DNA of 64,000 nucleotides from an uncultured Bacteroidales bacterium (GCA_963717995.1 CAVQXX010000015.1:1841857-1905856); one strand, 5' to 3'; counted from the first letter of the stretch, positions 9,062-18,855 are shown. A program made the numbers and translations. The notes: generated by a model from the letters alone, not told the origin.

Positions 9062-9165
9062 ATTAGCACATTAGCACATTGGCATATTAGCACATTAGCA
9101 TATTAGCATATTAGCATATTAGCACATTAGCACATTAGCACATTAGCACATTAGCACATTAGCAT
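9062..9165. repeat. ATTAGCAY octamer array, 13 contiguous units, ending 15 nt before ATG 9181
   Basis: 8x attagcac, 4x attagcat and 1x attggcat, counted unit by unit. An inverted copy of the family (gctaatgt) lies at 39239-39270. Confidence 0.9.
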
Positions 9166-9180
9166 ATTAATTTTTAAATT

Positions 9181-10455
9181 ATGAAAACCAAGGCAATACG
9201 AATATACGGCAAGGATGACCTGAGGCTCGATGAGTTTGAACTGCCGGAGCTCCGTGAAGATGAGATACTGGCTCATGTTATTTGCGACAGCATCTGCATG
9301 TCGTCGTATAAAGCTACAAAGCAGGGCACTGATCATAAAAGAATCCCTGATGATGTACATATCAATCCCACCATTATAGGCCATGAATTCAGCGGGGAGA
9401 TCGTAAAATCGGGAAACAAGTGGAAGGATCAGTTCAAACCCGGCATGAAATTCTCTATCCAGCCGGCCATTAATTATCCCGACGGACCCGTTGGAATATT
9501 GTCTGCACCCGGTTATTCATACCGTTATATTGGCGGGGACGCAACCTATATCATTATTCCGAACGAGGTAATGGAACTGAATTGCCTGCTGCCTTATACC
9601 GGTCCGGGATATTATCCCGGAGCACTTGCAGAGCCCCTGTCCTGTGTAATTGGCGCTATGCATGCCAATTACCATACGCGTCCCGGTTCTTATGTGCACC
9701 AGATGGAGATTGTGGACGGGGGAAACATGGCCCTGCTTGCCGGTGTCGGTCCCATGGGTCTTGCTGCCATCAATTATGTAATTAACCGGAAAGACCGTAA
9801 ACCATCACTCCTGGTGGTTACTGATATTGATCAGACCAGGCTTGACAGGGCAGCCAGTTTATTTACTCCTGAAAAGGCACTGCAAAATGGAATCAGGCTT
9901 CATTATTTGAATACAAAGAACCAGGCAGATCCGGTAAAAAGTCTGCTCCAGATCACAGATGACAAGGGATACAACGATGTATTCGTGTTTGCTCCGGTAC
10001 CTGGCGTAATTCAACAGGGAGATTCCATCCTGGCTTTTGACGGATGCCTGAACTTTTTTGCCGGCCCCTCAGATCCCCAATTTAGTTCAGCATTTAACTT
10101 TTATAATGTTCATTACAATTTCACCCACATTGTAGGCACCAGCGGGGGTAATAATGACGATATGGAAGAGGCGCTGATCCTCATGTCGGAAAACCTGGAT
10201 CCTGCCGGACTGGTAACGCACATTGGAGGGCTGGATGCAGTGATTGAAACCACCAGGCATCTTCCTGACATTCCGGGTGGAAAGAAACTGATTTATACAA
10301 ACATTTCCATGCCGCTTACGGCACTATCTGATTTTGAAGAAAAGGGGAAAATAGATCCCTTGTTCAGGGAACTGGCGGTTTTGATTGCAAAAACAAAAGG
10401 CCTCTGGAATACTGAGGCCGAGAAATATTTGATTAATAACGCCAAATCAATTTAA
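9181..10455 (+). CDS. Zinc-dependent medium-chain dehydrogenase/reductase, a long ~420-aa form (sorbose-1-phosphate-reductase-like size class)
   Basis: 'GHEFSGEIV' (the GHE Zn-ADH motif), an N-terminal Cys cluster 'HVICDSICMSS', and the Rossmann motif 'LAGVGPMGLAA'. Confidence 0.8.
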   Translation: MKTKAIRIYGKDDLRLDEFELPELREDEILAHVICDSICMSSYKATKQGTDHKRIPDDVHINPTIIGHEFSGEIVKSGNKWKDQFKPGMKFSIQPAINYPDGPVGILSAPGYSYRYIGGDATYIIIPNEVMELNCLLPYTGPGYYPGALAEPLSCVIGAMHANYHTRPGSYVHQMEIVDGGNMALLAGVGPMGLAAINYVINRKDRKPSLLVVTDIDQTRLDRAASLFTPEKALQNGIRLHYLNTKNQADPVKSLLQITDDKGYNDVFVFAPVPGVIQQGDSILAFDGCLNFFAGPSDPQFSSAFNFYNVHYNFTHIVGTSGGNNDDMEEALILMSENLDPAGLVTHIGGLDAVIETTRHLPDIPGGKKLIYTNISMPLTALSDFEEKGKIDPLFRELAVLIAKTKGLWNTEAEKYLINNAKSI

Positions 10456-10635
10456 CCATTCATCTGACGAAATACGCGAGAAAACAAAAAGGATTATCAT
10501 CAGATCCCCCAAAATTTAACGCAGAGAACGGTAAGTTTTTGTTTACCAGGCTTGAAGAGGTCGCAGAGAAATCTCATTGCATTCGATTTAACCGTTTTCA
10601 AGGTTAAAATCTGATCATCAGCGAAAATCTGCGAG

Positions 10636-10687
10636 AAAAAAAGCATTAAAAAAATGCAACTATCCCATTATTGTTAGATAGTTGCAT
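10636..10687 (-). terminator. Rho-independent terminator of the minus-strand gene 10710-11432
   Basis: 11-bp perfect stem ATGCAACTATC (10654-10664) / GATAGTTGCAT (10677-10687). On the minus strand it is followed by TTTTTTAATGCTTTTTTT. Confidence 0.75.
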
Positions 10688-10709
10688 CTAAAGTTAATTT
10701 CAGACAAGT

Positions 10710-11432
10710 TTACGGTTTTACGAAAACTGCAGGATCAACCGGCTGATTAATATCAACTTTGGTAACCGTTTCGGTAAGAAAGAACTGACCTCCGTAATTT
10801 GTTTCAACTTTGTAGGGAACAGCCAGGCCGGCATCGGTTTTCCTGTAATCAGAGAATCCGATTGTTATATCCATTGATTGTCCGCCCATGTTATTGGTTT
10901 GAACAATCTGAACGAGATAACCTGTCCCGGAATCAAAGAAATATTGAGTGTTAACACTATCCGGAGAAGTTACGATAACCTTATCAGTATTCAGATCACC
11001 AATAGCCTGTTGTCCTGCAAGCTCCAGTTTGTATCCCCTGGCGGCAAAATCAAAAAAAGGACCGCCAATATAGATCCCGTCCTTGCTTGCCTTATATTGT
11101 TCAGGAGGCATGTATTCTGCATTGTAATTGCCCGTCATGGGGTTGATTGACCATCCTGCGCTGTCGGTTACACACATGGTTACCGAGGTACCCTGTACAT
11201 CAATCTCATCCTTTGCACCTTTACCTACCAAAATGGTATGCTTAATAGTTCCTGTTCCCCCCATTACATCCAACGATCCCTCGGTATACATTGAACTGAT
11301 CTTGCTGATCTGGTCCTTGCCACCAATGGCATCAATATATTTTCCAACTATTTCATCTGCAGTTTGTGCAGGAACCATTTGCGAGGCAAACAGGGTTAAA
11401 ACTGAAAGTGTAATAAATTTTAAGGTTTTCAT
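10710..11432 (-). CDS. Secreted hypothetical protein (signal peptide; possibly a LolA-like / lipoprotein-sorting-like fold)
   Basis: The N-terminus MKTLKFITLSVLTLFASQMVPAQ is a typical Sec signal. 'TADEIVGKYIDAIGG' resembles the start of LolA-fold outer-membrane lipoprotein-sorting-like families. The functional call is weak. Confidence 0.45.
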   Translation of the reverse strand: MKTLKFITLSVLTLFASQMVPAQTADEIVGKYIDAIGGKDQISKISSMYTEGSLDVMGGTGTIKHTILVGKGAKDEIDVQGTSVTMCVTDSAGWSINPMTGNYNAEYMPPEQYKASKDGIYIGGPFFDFAARGYKLELAGQQAIGDLNTDKVIVTSPDSVNTQYFFDSGTGYLVQIVQTNNMGGQSMDITIGFSDYRKTDAGLAVPYKVETNYGGQFFLTETVTKVDINQPVDPAVFVKP

Positions 11433-11460
11433 TTGTTAGTTGTTAAGTTATTATTTAGTG
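11433..11460. repeat. TTGTTAG-type heptamer array (4 degenerate units)
   Basis: Units are ttgttag, ttgttaa, gttatta, tttagtg. It belongs to the same family as the arrays at 8917 and 5588. Confidence 0.7.
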
Positions 11461-11573
11461 TTCCGGGTTGCTTTTATTCCCTCTTGCTAAAGCGAATAAG
11501 CTATGAAATTATTAAAAAATATTTAATCCTGTCATATAAATTGCACTTTTTACCAAATGACGTTTTAAGGAAC

Positions 11574-14027
11574 TTATTCAACACCCACCTCAATGGATGC
11601 TTCTTTCAATCCTTCAGACGTTGCCACAATTATTGCCTTTCCACTGTTTGTTGTCGATTGCAGAATCATAAGGCACATGCCATTATAGGCTTTCCCCGAA
11701 TCGGCTTTGAAGGGTTCGATACTGGCCTGGAAGCCGTTGTCAACGCCTGCAATGGTAGCTTCCCCCTTACAACTGAACTTAATGAGGTTTGATGCATGGG
11801 GGACCAGATTACCCTCATCATCAAGAATCTTTACAGTGATGAATGCAAGATCCTTTCCATCCTTCATTATTGATTTTCGATCAGCTGCCATGGATATTTT
11901 AAATGGCTCTCCTGCTGTTTTGATTTCCCGTGTAAGCACTGTTTTTCCGTTTTTGCGCGAGACAGCCGTAATTTTCCCGGGTTCGAAAATTGTCCTCCAC
12001 ATTACATGCAGGTCTCCGTTCTCTTTTTTCCTTATTCCAATCGATCTGTCGTTCAGGAATAGCTCAACCTCATCCGCGTTGTTATAATAAGCCCAGATAT
12101 CAATTACCTGCCCGTTCTTCCAGTTCCAGTGCGGAAACACATGCAGAACCGGCTTGGTTGTCCACACGCTTTGATAAAGGTAATAGGCATCCTTTGGAAA
12201 TCCTGCCAGATCAATTATGCCGAAATAGGAGCTTCTGGCCGGCCACCAGTAAGGTGTTGGTTCCCCCAGGTAATCCCAGCCGGTCCATATGAATGTACCG
12301 GCCACAAAGGGAAGCCGGAAAAATTCCTTCAGTGATTCTTCATGAGTGGAAGCCCATACCGCTGAAAAATTATCATAGGATGAAGCAGTCAGATCATCCC
12401 TTAGATTCTGATTACCCCTTCCTGCACGCAGTATCTTATCCGATGGCATATGGTAATCTCCCCTTGATTCGAAGGCAGAAGCTGCTTCAGTAGCTATAAA
12501 AGGCTTCTTCGCCCATTTCTTCTGTACATCTTTCCATACAACGTGCCTGTAATTATAACCGATTATGTCAATCGCTTCTGACTGGATTACAGCATTTGTT
12601 TTGCCTTCAACCTGGTCGAGGGCAGCAATAACAGGCCGGGTAGGATCCAGTTTATGCACGATACCTGCCAGCTCCCTTGTTATGGCTTGTCCGGAACTGT
12701 CCGGGGGAAATCCGTCTCCATCCGGAAAATAGGATTGTTCGCGAATTTCATTTCCAATACTCCATATAAAAACGGAAGGATGGTTCCTGTCTCTTAACAG
12801 CTGGTCCTCAAGGTCCCTTACATGCCACTTATCCCAATCGAGATGGTAATCGAAAGAATTTTTAGGTTTCTTCCACATATCAAATGCCTCGTCAATAACA
12901 ATGAAGCCCATCCTGTCGCACAAATCAAGCAATTCAGGTGCGGGAGGATTATGGGAAGTGCGAATGCCGTTGCATCCCATCGTTTTCAGCATGTCAAGTT
13001 GTCTTTCAAGTGCCCGGACGTTCAAAGCAGAACCCAGGGCGCCAAGATCGTGATGATTACATACACCGTATATCTTCATGGATTTCCCGTTCAGGGAAAA
13101 ACCGGAATCGGCATCAAAGGAAAAATACCGCACACCGAAAGGAGTGATATACTCATCTACCAGCTTTTTCTTTTTATAAATCTGGGTGACGGCCCTGTAT
13201 AAAACCGGATGTTCAACGGACCAGAGGGTTGGGCGGGCAATGGTTATTTCCTGTGCTATCTCACCCCGGGAATTGGCTTCCAGCTTCATTGTCCGCGCAG
13301 CAAAGCCTGCCTTTGCAGAGTCACCTGCAAGCAGCGTGGTCCGGATCTCAAATTCTTCGCCTTCCGCACCCTCATTTCGAACAGCACTGGTGATACTTAC
13401 TGAGGCACTATCTTTATTCACCCGGGGAGTAGTAATAAAAGTACCCCAATGATCAACATGCAGATTGTTAGTGGTAACCATCCAAACATTCCTGTATATC
13501 CCGGAACCGGAATACCACCTTGAATTCGGCTGTTTTGAATTATCCACCCTTACAGCTATCACGTTATTTTTATGATCAAAGGCAAGATAGGGAGTAAGGT
13601 CATACCGGTAAGAAATATAACCATTGGGCCTCATTCCAAGGGAATGGCCGTTGATCCATACTTCTGCATTCCTGTATATACCATCAAAGTCAATAAATAC
13701 CTTTTTGCCCCTGGCAGCGGATGGCATATCAAATGTTTTCCTGTACCATGCAATGCCACCGGGTAATGCTCCACCGCCAGGTGTAGCAGGATTATTCACG
13801 TCAAATTTACCCTCAATGCTCCAGTCGTGCGGAAGATTCAGCTCTCTCCACCTTGTATCAATGAAATCAGACTTTTCCACGCCGGTGGTATCACCGGGAT
13901 GGAACTTCCAGTTTTCGTTAAAGCTTTCACGGCTTCGAACAGGTAATTTACCGCACGATCCCAGGAACATGGTTGCCGATAGCGCTCCAAGGAAGATCAG
14001 GTTTTTCATGGTAGTTGATTTGATCAT
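11574..14027 (-). CDS. Glycoside hydrolase family 2 (beta-galactosidase-like) lipoprotein
   Basis: 'NHPSVFIWSIGNE' (GH2 acid/base region), 'HDWSIEG', and the lipobox 'MKNLIFLGALSATMFLGSCGK'. The true start may be the ATG at 14009. Paralog of 49816-52272. Confidence 0.9.
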   Translation of the reverse strand: MIKSTTMKNLIFLGALSATMFLGSCGKLPVRSRESFNENWKFHPGDTTGVEKSDFIDTRWRELNLPHDWSIEGKFDVNNPATPGGGALPGGIAWYRKTFDMPSAARGKKVFIDFDGIYRNAEVWINGHSLGMRPNGYISYRYDLTPYLAFDHKNNVIAVRVDNSKQPNSRWYSGSGIYRNVWMVTTNNLHVDHWGTFITTPRVNKDSASVSITSAVRNEGAEGEEFEIRTTLLAGDSAKAGFAARTMKLEANSRGEIAQEITIARPTLWSVEHPVLYRAVTQIYKKKKLVDEYITPFGVRYFSFDADSGFSLNGKSMKIYGVCNHHDLGALGSALNVRALERQLDMLKTMGCNGIRTSHNPPAPELLDLCDRMGFIVIDEAFDMWKKPKNSFDYHLDWDKWHVRDLEDQLLRDRNHPSVFIWSIGNEIREQSYFPDGDGFPPDSSGQAITRELAGIVHKLDPTRPVIAALDQVEGKTNAVIQSEAIDIIGYNYRHVVWKDVQKKWAKKPFIATEAASAFESRGDYHMPSDKILRAGRGNQNLRDDLTASSYDNFSAVWASTHEESLKEFFRLPFVAGTFIWTGWDYLGEPTPYWWPARSSYFGIIDLAGFPKDAYYLYQSVWTTKPVLHVFPHWNWKNGQVIDIWAYYNNADEVELFLNDRSIGIRKKENGDLHVMWRTIFEPGKITAVSRKNGKTVLTREIKTAGEPFKISMAADRKSIMKDGKDLAFITVKILDDEGNLVPHASNLIKFSCKGEATIAGVDNGFQASIEPFKADSGKAYNGMCLMILQSTTNSGKAIIVATSEGLKEASIEVGVE

Positions 14028-14032
14028 ATTCT

Positions 14033-16669
14033 TCAGATACCCTTTGATACCAACTCCGAGGCCTTGTTCATAGCCAGCTCCAGCTTGTCCGCATCTTTGC
14101 CGCCAGCAGTAGCAAAGAAAGGTTGTCCTCCCCCGCCTCCATTGAATTCTCTGGCTGCGGCCTTTACAATCTCACCTGCATTGAGTTTTTTAGGTTGGAT
14201 CAGCTTGTCAGAAACCATAATCGCCAGATGCGGTTTACCACCAAATACTGCGCCCACGATCAGCACCAGATCATCCATCTCACCCCTGAGTTGGAAAGCA
14301 GCTTCACGGATAATTCCGGCATGGCCTATCCGGCTGTCTGCCTTGACAGATATGAGCCTGATGTCAGCGACCTGTTTTGCACTTTTCAGCAGTTCCGACT
14401 TAAACGATGCCACATGTTCCTTTTCATAAAGTTCAACCTGTTTGAGCAGGTTATTCTTTTCATCCAGGAGGGAAGCCACTGTTTTGACAATATCCTGGGG
14501 TTTAAAAAGCATATCCTCTATTTGCCTGAGCATTTTTTCCTTATCCTGGTACCATGCGATTGCCCTTTCTCCCGTAATAGCCTCAATACGTCGGATTCCT
14601 GATGCTATGGAACCTTCGGAAACAATCTTGAAAACACCAATCTGGCTTGTTACATCCACATGGGTTCCGCCGCACAACTCGATTGAATTGCCAAACTGGA
14701 TCACCCTCACCGAATCCCCATATTTTTCACCAAAAAGAGCCATGGCACCCAACTTTCTGGCTTCCTCCATGGGCAATCCCCTCTTTTCATTCTTCACAAT
14801 GCCCTCTGCTATTTTCCGGTTGACCCTTTTTTCAACTTCTGCAAGCTCTTCTTCTGTCATTTTTTGAAAATGGGAAAAATCGAACCGGAGATAATCCGGA
14901 TTCACCAGAGAACCTTTCTGCTCAACATGTTTGCCTAATACCTCACGTAAGGCATGATGCAGAAGATGGGTGGCAGTATGATTCTTTGCAGTTTCTGATC
15001 TCAGTTCTGAAGATACAATGGCTTTAAATTCAGCCGATGGGTCAGCAGGCAGGGTATCCGTAACATGAATGACAAGTCCGTGCTCTTTAAATGTATTCAG
15101 TATCTTTATTTTTTCTCCATCGCCCAGCATCAGTCCTACATCTCCAACCTGGCCACCGCTTTCAGCATAGAAAGGGGTATGATCGAAAACCATATGATAA
15201 ACCTTTTTATCACGGCTGGTTACCTTCCGATACCGGCATATGTTAACCGTTGCGCTGAGCTGGTCATAACCGGTAAATTCATTCTTTTCTGCATCCGGTT
15301 TCACTATGATCCAGTCATCGGATTCCACTACAGCAGCTGATTTCGACCTTTTTCTCTGAGCTGCCATTTCCTTGTCAAATTCCGGATTATTCACCGTAAA
15401 TCCGTTTTCTTTCAGAATAAGTTCAGTGAGGTCAAGCGGAAAGCCATAGGTATCGTAAAGTTCAAATGCTATCTTCCCGCTAAGCACTGTGTGTTTTTCT
15501 TTTTTCAAAAGGACAATGCTTTCTTTCAATCGCTTATCGCCACTTTCAAGAGTATGCAAAAAGGACTGCTCCTCTTCAAAAATAACACGCTCAATTAGAG
15601 ACTGCTGGGCGACGAGTTCGGGAAATGCCTTTCCCATGCTGGCGGTCAGAACAGGAACCAATTTAAATATCAGAGGTTTATTCTGCCCAAGGAAGGTGTA
15701 GTTATACCGTACAGCACGCCGCAGTATTCTGCGGATCACGTATCCTGCCTTGGCATTGGATGGCAACTGACCATCGGCTATCGCAAAGGCAATCGCACGA
15801 AGATGATCGGCAATGACACGCATGGCAATATCGGTTTTCTCCGAATAACCATATCGAATGGCTGCAAGAGAAGAAATTTCCTGGATAACAGGCTGGAATA
15901 TATCTGTATCGTAATTAGAGGTTTTGTGTTGAAGCACCATGCATAGCCGTTCAAATCCCATCCCGGTATCCACATGTTTTTTAGGCAGAAGAACCAGTTC
16001 TCCTGAATTTTTCCGGTTATACTGAATAAAAACAAGATTCCAGATTTCAATTACACGGGGGTCACCTTTATTGACCAGTTCGCGGCCATCCCTTATTTTC
16101 CGCTCTTCATCCGTACGCAGGTCCACATGTATCTCCGAGCAGGGTCCGCAGGGTCCTGAATCACCCATTTCCCAGAAGTTATCTTTTTTTGAACCCGTCA
16201 GTATATGTTTTTCGTCCAGAAAGGATTTCCATAGGTCAAATGCTTCCTGGTCCATTGTGATGAGATCTTCCGGACTGCCTTCAAAAACAGTCACATACAT
16301 CCGGTCAGCCGGTATTTTCATTTCCCCTGCCAGGAAATCCCATGCCCAGGTAATGGCTTCCTTTTTAAAATAGTCGCCGAAAGACCAGTTTCCCAACATT
16401 TCAAACATGGTGTGATGATAGCCGTCGTGACCCACCTCTTCAAGATCATTATGCTTGCCCGAAACACGTAAACACTTCTGTGAATTGGCAATGCGGGGGT
16501 ACTTAACAGGTGCATTATCAAGAAAAATATCCTTGAACTGGTTCATTCCCGCATTGGTAAACATCAGTGTGGGATCATCCTTTATTACCATGGGGGCGGA
16601 GGATACAATTTCATGACCCCGGGCACTGAAAAAATCGAGGAATTTTTGACGAATGGAAGCAGAATTCAT
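14033..16669 (-). CDS. alaS: Alanine--tRNA ligase
   Basis: 878 aa. 'FTNAGMNQFKDIF', the editing-domain 'HTATHLLHHAL', the 'CGGTH' Zn motif, and the C-terminal DHHA1 'GGGGGQP'. Confidence 0.97.
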   Translation of the reverse strand: MNSASIRQKFLDFFSARGHEIVSSAPMVIKDDPTLMFTNAGMNQFKDIFLDNAPVKYPRIANSQKCLRVSGKHNDLEEVGHDGYHHTMFEMLGNWSFGDYFKKEAITWAWDFLAGEMKIPADRMYVTVFEGSPEDLITMDQEAFDLWKSFLDEKHILTGSKKDNFWEMGDSGPCGPCSEIHVDLRTDEERKIRDGRELVNKGDPRVIEIWNLVFIQYNRKNSGELVLLPKKHVDTGMGFERLCMVLQHKTSNYDTDIFQPVIQEISSLAAIRYGYSEKTDIAMRVIADHLRAIAFAIADGQLPSNAKAGYVIRRILRRAVRYNYTFLGQNKPLIFKLVPVLTASMGKAFPELVAQQSLIERVIFEEEQSFLHTLESGDKRLKESIVLLKKEKHTVLSGKIAFELYDTYGFPLDLTELILKENGFTVNNPEFDKEMAAQRKRSKSAAVVESDDWIIVKPDAEKNEFTGYDQLSATVNICRYRKVTSRDKKVYHMVFDHTPFYAESGGQVGDVGLMLGDGEKIKILNTFKEHGLVIHVTDTLPADPSAEFKAIVSSELRSETAKNHTATHLLHHALREVLGKHVEQKGSLVNPDYLRFDFSHFQKMTEEELAEVEKRVNRKIAEGIVKNEKRGLPMEEARKLGAMALFGEKYGDSVRVIQFGNSIELCGGTHVDVTSQIGVFKIVSEGSIASGIRRIEAITGERAIAWYQDKEKMLRQIEDMLFKPQDIVKTVASLLDEKNNLLKQVELYEKEHVASFKSELLKSAKQVADIRLISVKADSRIGHAGIIREAAFQLRGEMDDLVLIVGAVFGGKPHLAIMVSDKLIQPKKLNAGEIVKAAAREFNGGGGGQPFFATAGGKDADKLELAMNKASELVSKGI

Positions 16670-16806
16670 GTGAAACCTTGTAAAAAATTGATTAATTTAC
16701 ATCTTGGGATTTAACAATTCTTATTTAAAATGATTTGTAAAATTAGTTTTTTTCCCATAGATTTGTTGTTTGCGTAGTTAATTAATAATTAAATAGTTGC
16801 ATTTGC

Positions 16807-17781
16807 TTGATTTTTAGAAAGAAAAAATATCATTTCAATCCGGTGACTTTAACGTTCGAGGAAATTAAAAATGACAGGAAGACCCGGGTCGTTGAATTAT
16901 TTATGTATGTCGTTGTATCTATGATGATTACAGTGCTGGTTGGCTTTCTGCTCAACCAGGTTTTCGGTTCAGCGGAATCAATATTACTGGAAAACAGGTT
17001 GTTTTCTCTCAATCAACAAATGCAGGGATTGCTCAATAAGGGACATCAATTCAGCTCTATCCTGCATAATGATCATTTTCCCAGGGATAACTCCTATAGG
17101 GCAATTCTTCAGATTGACACGTTATCAAAAAATGTAAGGGAAGCAGGAACAGGAGGATATGTTCCCCGTAACCAGTTTTCACTTAATAATGATATTAGTG
17201 ATACCGTGGAAAACCTGATTACAAAGCTCAATTTTCAACTGCAAATTCAGACGGGCTCATATGAAACCGTCTACAAAAGGGCGCTTGAACATCGAACATC
17301 CCTTTCACATATGCCAGCCATCCAGCCGATTTCCCAGAAAGACCTTATTATGATCAGCTCTAATTTCGGAATAAGGTCAGATCCGTTCCTTGAACAACCG
17401 GAAGTTCACTGCGGGCTTGATTTCGTGGCTGCAGAAGGCAAAGATGTGTATGTAACAGGCGATGGAAGTGTAACTCTGGTAAATGAATCTCGTATAGGAT
17501 ATGGTAACGAAGTTTTCATTGATCATGGATTCGGATTTGGATCGAGGTACGCGCATCTCAGCCAGATTCTGGTCAAAGAAGGACAGAAGGTCAAACGCGG
17601 ACAATTAATTGGAAAAGTGGGCGAATCCGGCAGAGCAACCGGTCCACACTTGCACTACGAAGTACTGTACGAGAATAAACCGGTCAATCCGTCGTTTTAT
17701 TTTGATAACAGTTTATCAGTAGAAGAGTACCAGGGGATTTTAAAACTGGCATCAAACAAAACACGAACTGACTTAAAATAA
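16807..17781 (+). CDS. M23 family (LytM-type) metallopeptidase with an N-terminal membrane anchor
   Basis: 'HCGLDF' (HxxxD) and 'GPHLHYEV'. A TTG start is supported because 'KKKYHFNPVTLTFEEI' aligns with 'KIKYKFNPESLKYYKV' at the N-terminus of the downstream paralog. Confidence 0.85.
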   Translation: MIFRKKKYHFNPVTLTFEEIKNDRKTRVVELFMYVVVSMMITVLVGFLLNQVFGSAESILLENRLFSLNQQMQGLLNKGHQFSSILHNDHFPRDNSYRAILQIDTLSKNVREAGTGGYVPRNQFSLNNDISDTVENLITKLNFQLQIQTGSYETVYKRALEHRTSLSHMPAIQPISQKDLIMISSNFGIRSDPFLEQPEVHCGLDFVAAEGKDVYVTGDGSVTLVNESRIGYGNEVFIDHGFGFGSRYAHLSQILVKEGQKVKRGQLIGKVGESGRATGPHLHYEVLYENKPVNPSFYFDNSLSVEEYQGILKLASNKTRTDLK

Positions 17782-17793
17782 AATATCACTCTC

Positions 17794-18765
17794 ATGGCCA
17801 AGATAAAATATAAGTTTAATCCGGAATCCCTTAAATACTATAAGGTGGAATCGACCGTGAAGCAAAATACGCTGAAGGGATTGGCTTATTTTTTCGTTTT
17901 CATGCTAAATGCATTGGTTGGTTATTTTCTGTATTCGTTTGCTTTTGATTCACCTGAAGAAAAAGGCCTCAAAAGGCAGATCAGTGAAAGGAACATCGTT
18001 ATTGAACAATTCAATAAGCAACTGGATAATATTGACAAGGTTCTGGCGGATATGCAAAACAGGGATGATAATATCTACCGGACCATCTTCGAAGCAGAAC
18101 CCCTGAATTACTCGGTAAGAAAAGCCGGCTTTGGCGGATCAAACCGGTATAAGGAACTTGAAAAGATGGAAAACTCAAAGATGGTTCTTGAAACAGCCAA
18201 ACGGCTCGATATTTTGAAAAGCAAGGTTGTAATCCAGTCGAAATCTTATGATGATCTTGTAAAGATGGCCGTCAGCAAGGAAAAAATGCTTGCCTCAATT
18301 CCAGCCATTCAGCCAATTGCCAATAAGGACCTGGAAAGAACTGCTTCAGGCTGGGGATATAGAATTCATCCAATTTACAAGATCAGGAAATTCCATTATG
18401 GCATCGACTTTACATCACCTACAGGAACTGAAATATATTCGACAGGTGACGGCATTGTGGAAAAAATAGATCGCAGCCTCAGGGGTTATGGTAATTCCAT
18501 CATCATTAATCACGGATTTGGAACAAAAACGATTTATGGCCACATGTCTGCTTTTAATATTAAACAGGGTCAGAAGGTGAAACGAGGAGACGTTATCGGT
18601 TATGTAGGCAACACCGGACTTTCCACAGCACCCCATCTACATTACGAAGTAGAACGGAACGGCGAAAAAGTCAATCCCATGAACTACTTCTTTAATGATC
18701 TAACTGCTGATGAGTATGACCGCATGATTGACCTCTCCATGCGTCCCGGACAATCCTTTGACTAG
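17794..18765 (+). CDS. M23 family metallopeptidase, tandem paralog
   Basis: 'HYGIDF' and 'APHLHYEV'. The architecture matches 16807-17781. Confidence 0.9.
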   Translation: MAKIKYKFNPESLKYYKVESTVKQNTLKGLAYFFVFMLNALVGYFLYSFAFDSPEEKGLKRQISERNIVIEQFNKQLDNIDKVLADMQNRDDNIYRTIFEAEPLNYSVRKAGFGGSNRYKELEKMENSKMVLETAKRLDILKSKVVIQSKSYDDLVKMAVSKEKMLASIPAIQPIANKDLERTASGWGYRIHPIYKIRKFHYGIDFTSPTGTEIYSTGDGIVEKIDRSLRGYGNSIIINHGFGTKTIYGHMSAFNIKQGQKVKRGDVIGYVGNTGLSTAPHLHYEVERNGEKVNPMNYFFNDLTADEYDRMIDLSMRPGQSFD

Positions 18766-18769
18766 GCTA

Positions 18770-18807
18770 TTAGGGGCTTAGGGGCTTAGGGGCTTATAGG
18801 TTGTTAG
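18770..18807. repeat. TTAGGGGC octamer array (3 units plus degenerate units) starting 5 nt after the stop
   Basis: Units are ttaggggc x3, then ttatagg and ttgttag. It is inverted relative to the array at 18917-18964. Confidence 0.85.
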
Positions 18808-18855
18808 AGACGTCGGTAAATTAAGATATTGTTACATTGGAAGAATAAATATAAT

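Noticed and set aside
9062-9165. Whether the regular array could be a CRISPR locus
   Set aside because: The units are 8 nt and directly contiguous, with no unique spacers. No cas genes or leader are nearby. It is a microsatellite-type tandem repeat.
11433-11792. 119-aa plus-strand ORF starting in the heptamer array and running antisense into the GH2 3' end
   Set aside because: It has a TTG start inside repeat DNA and is antisense to a supported CDS, with no motifs.
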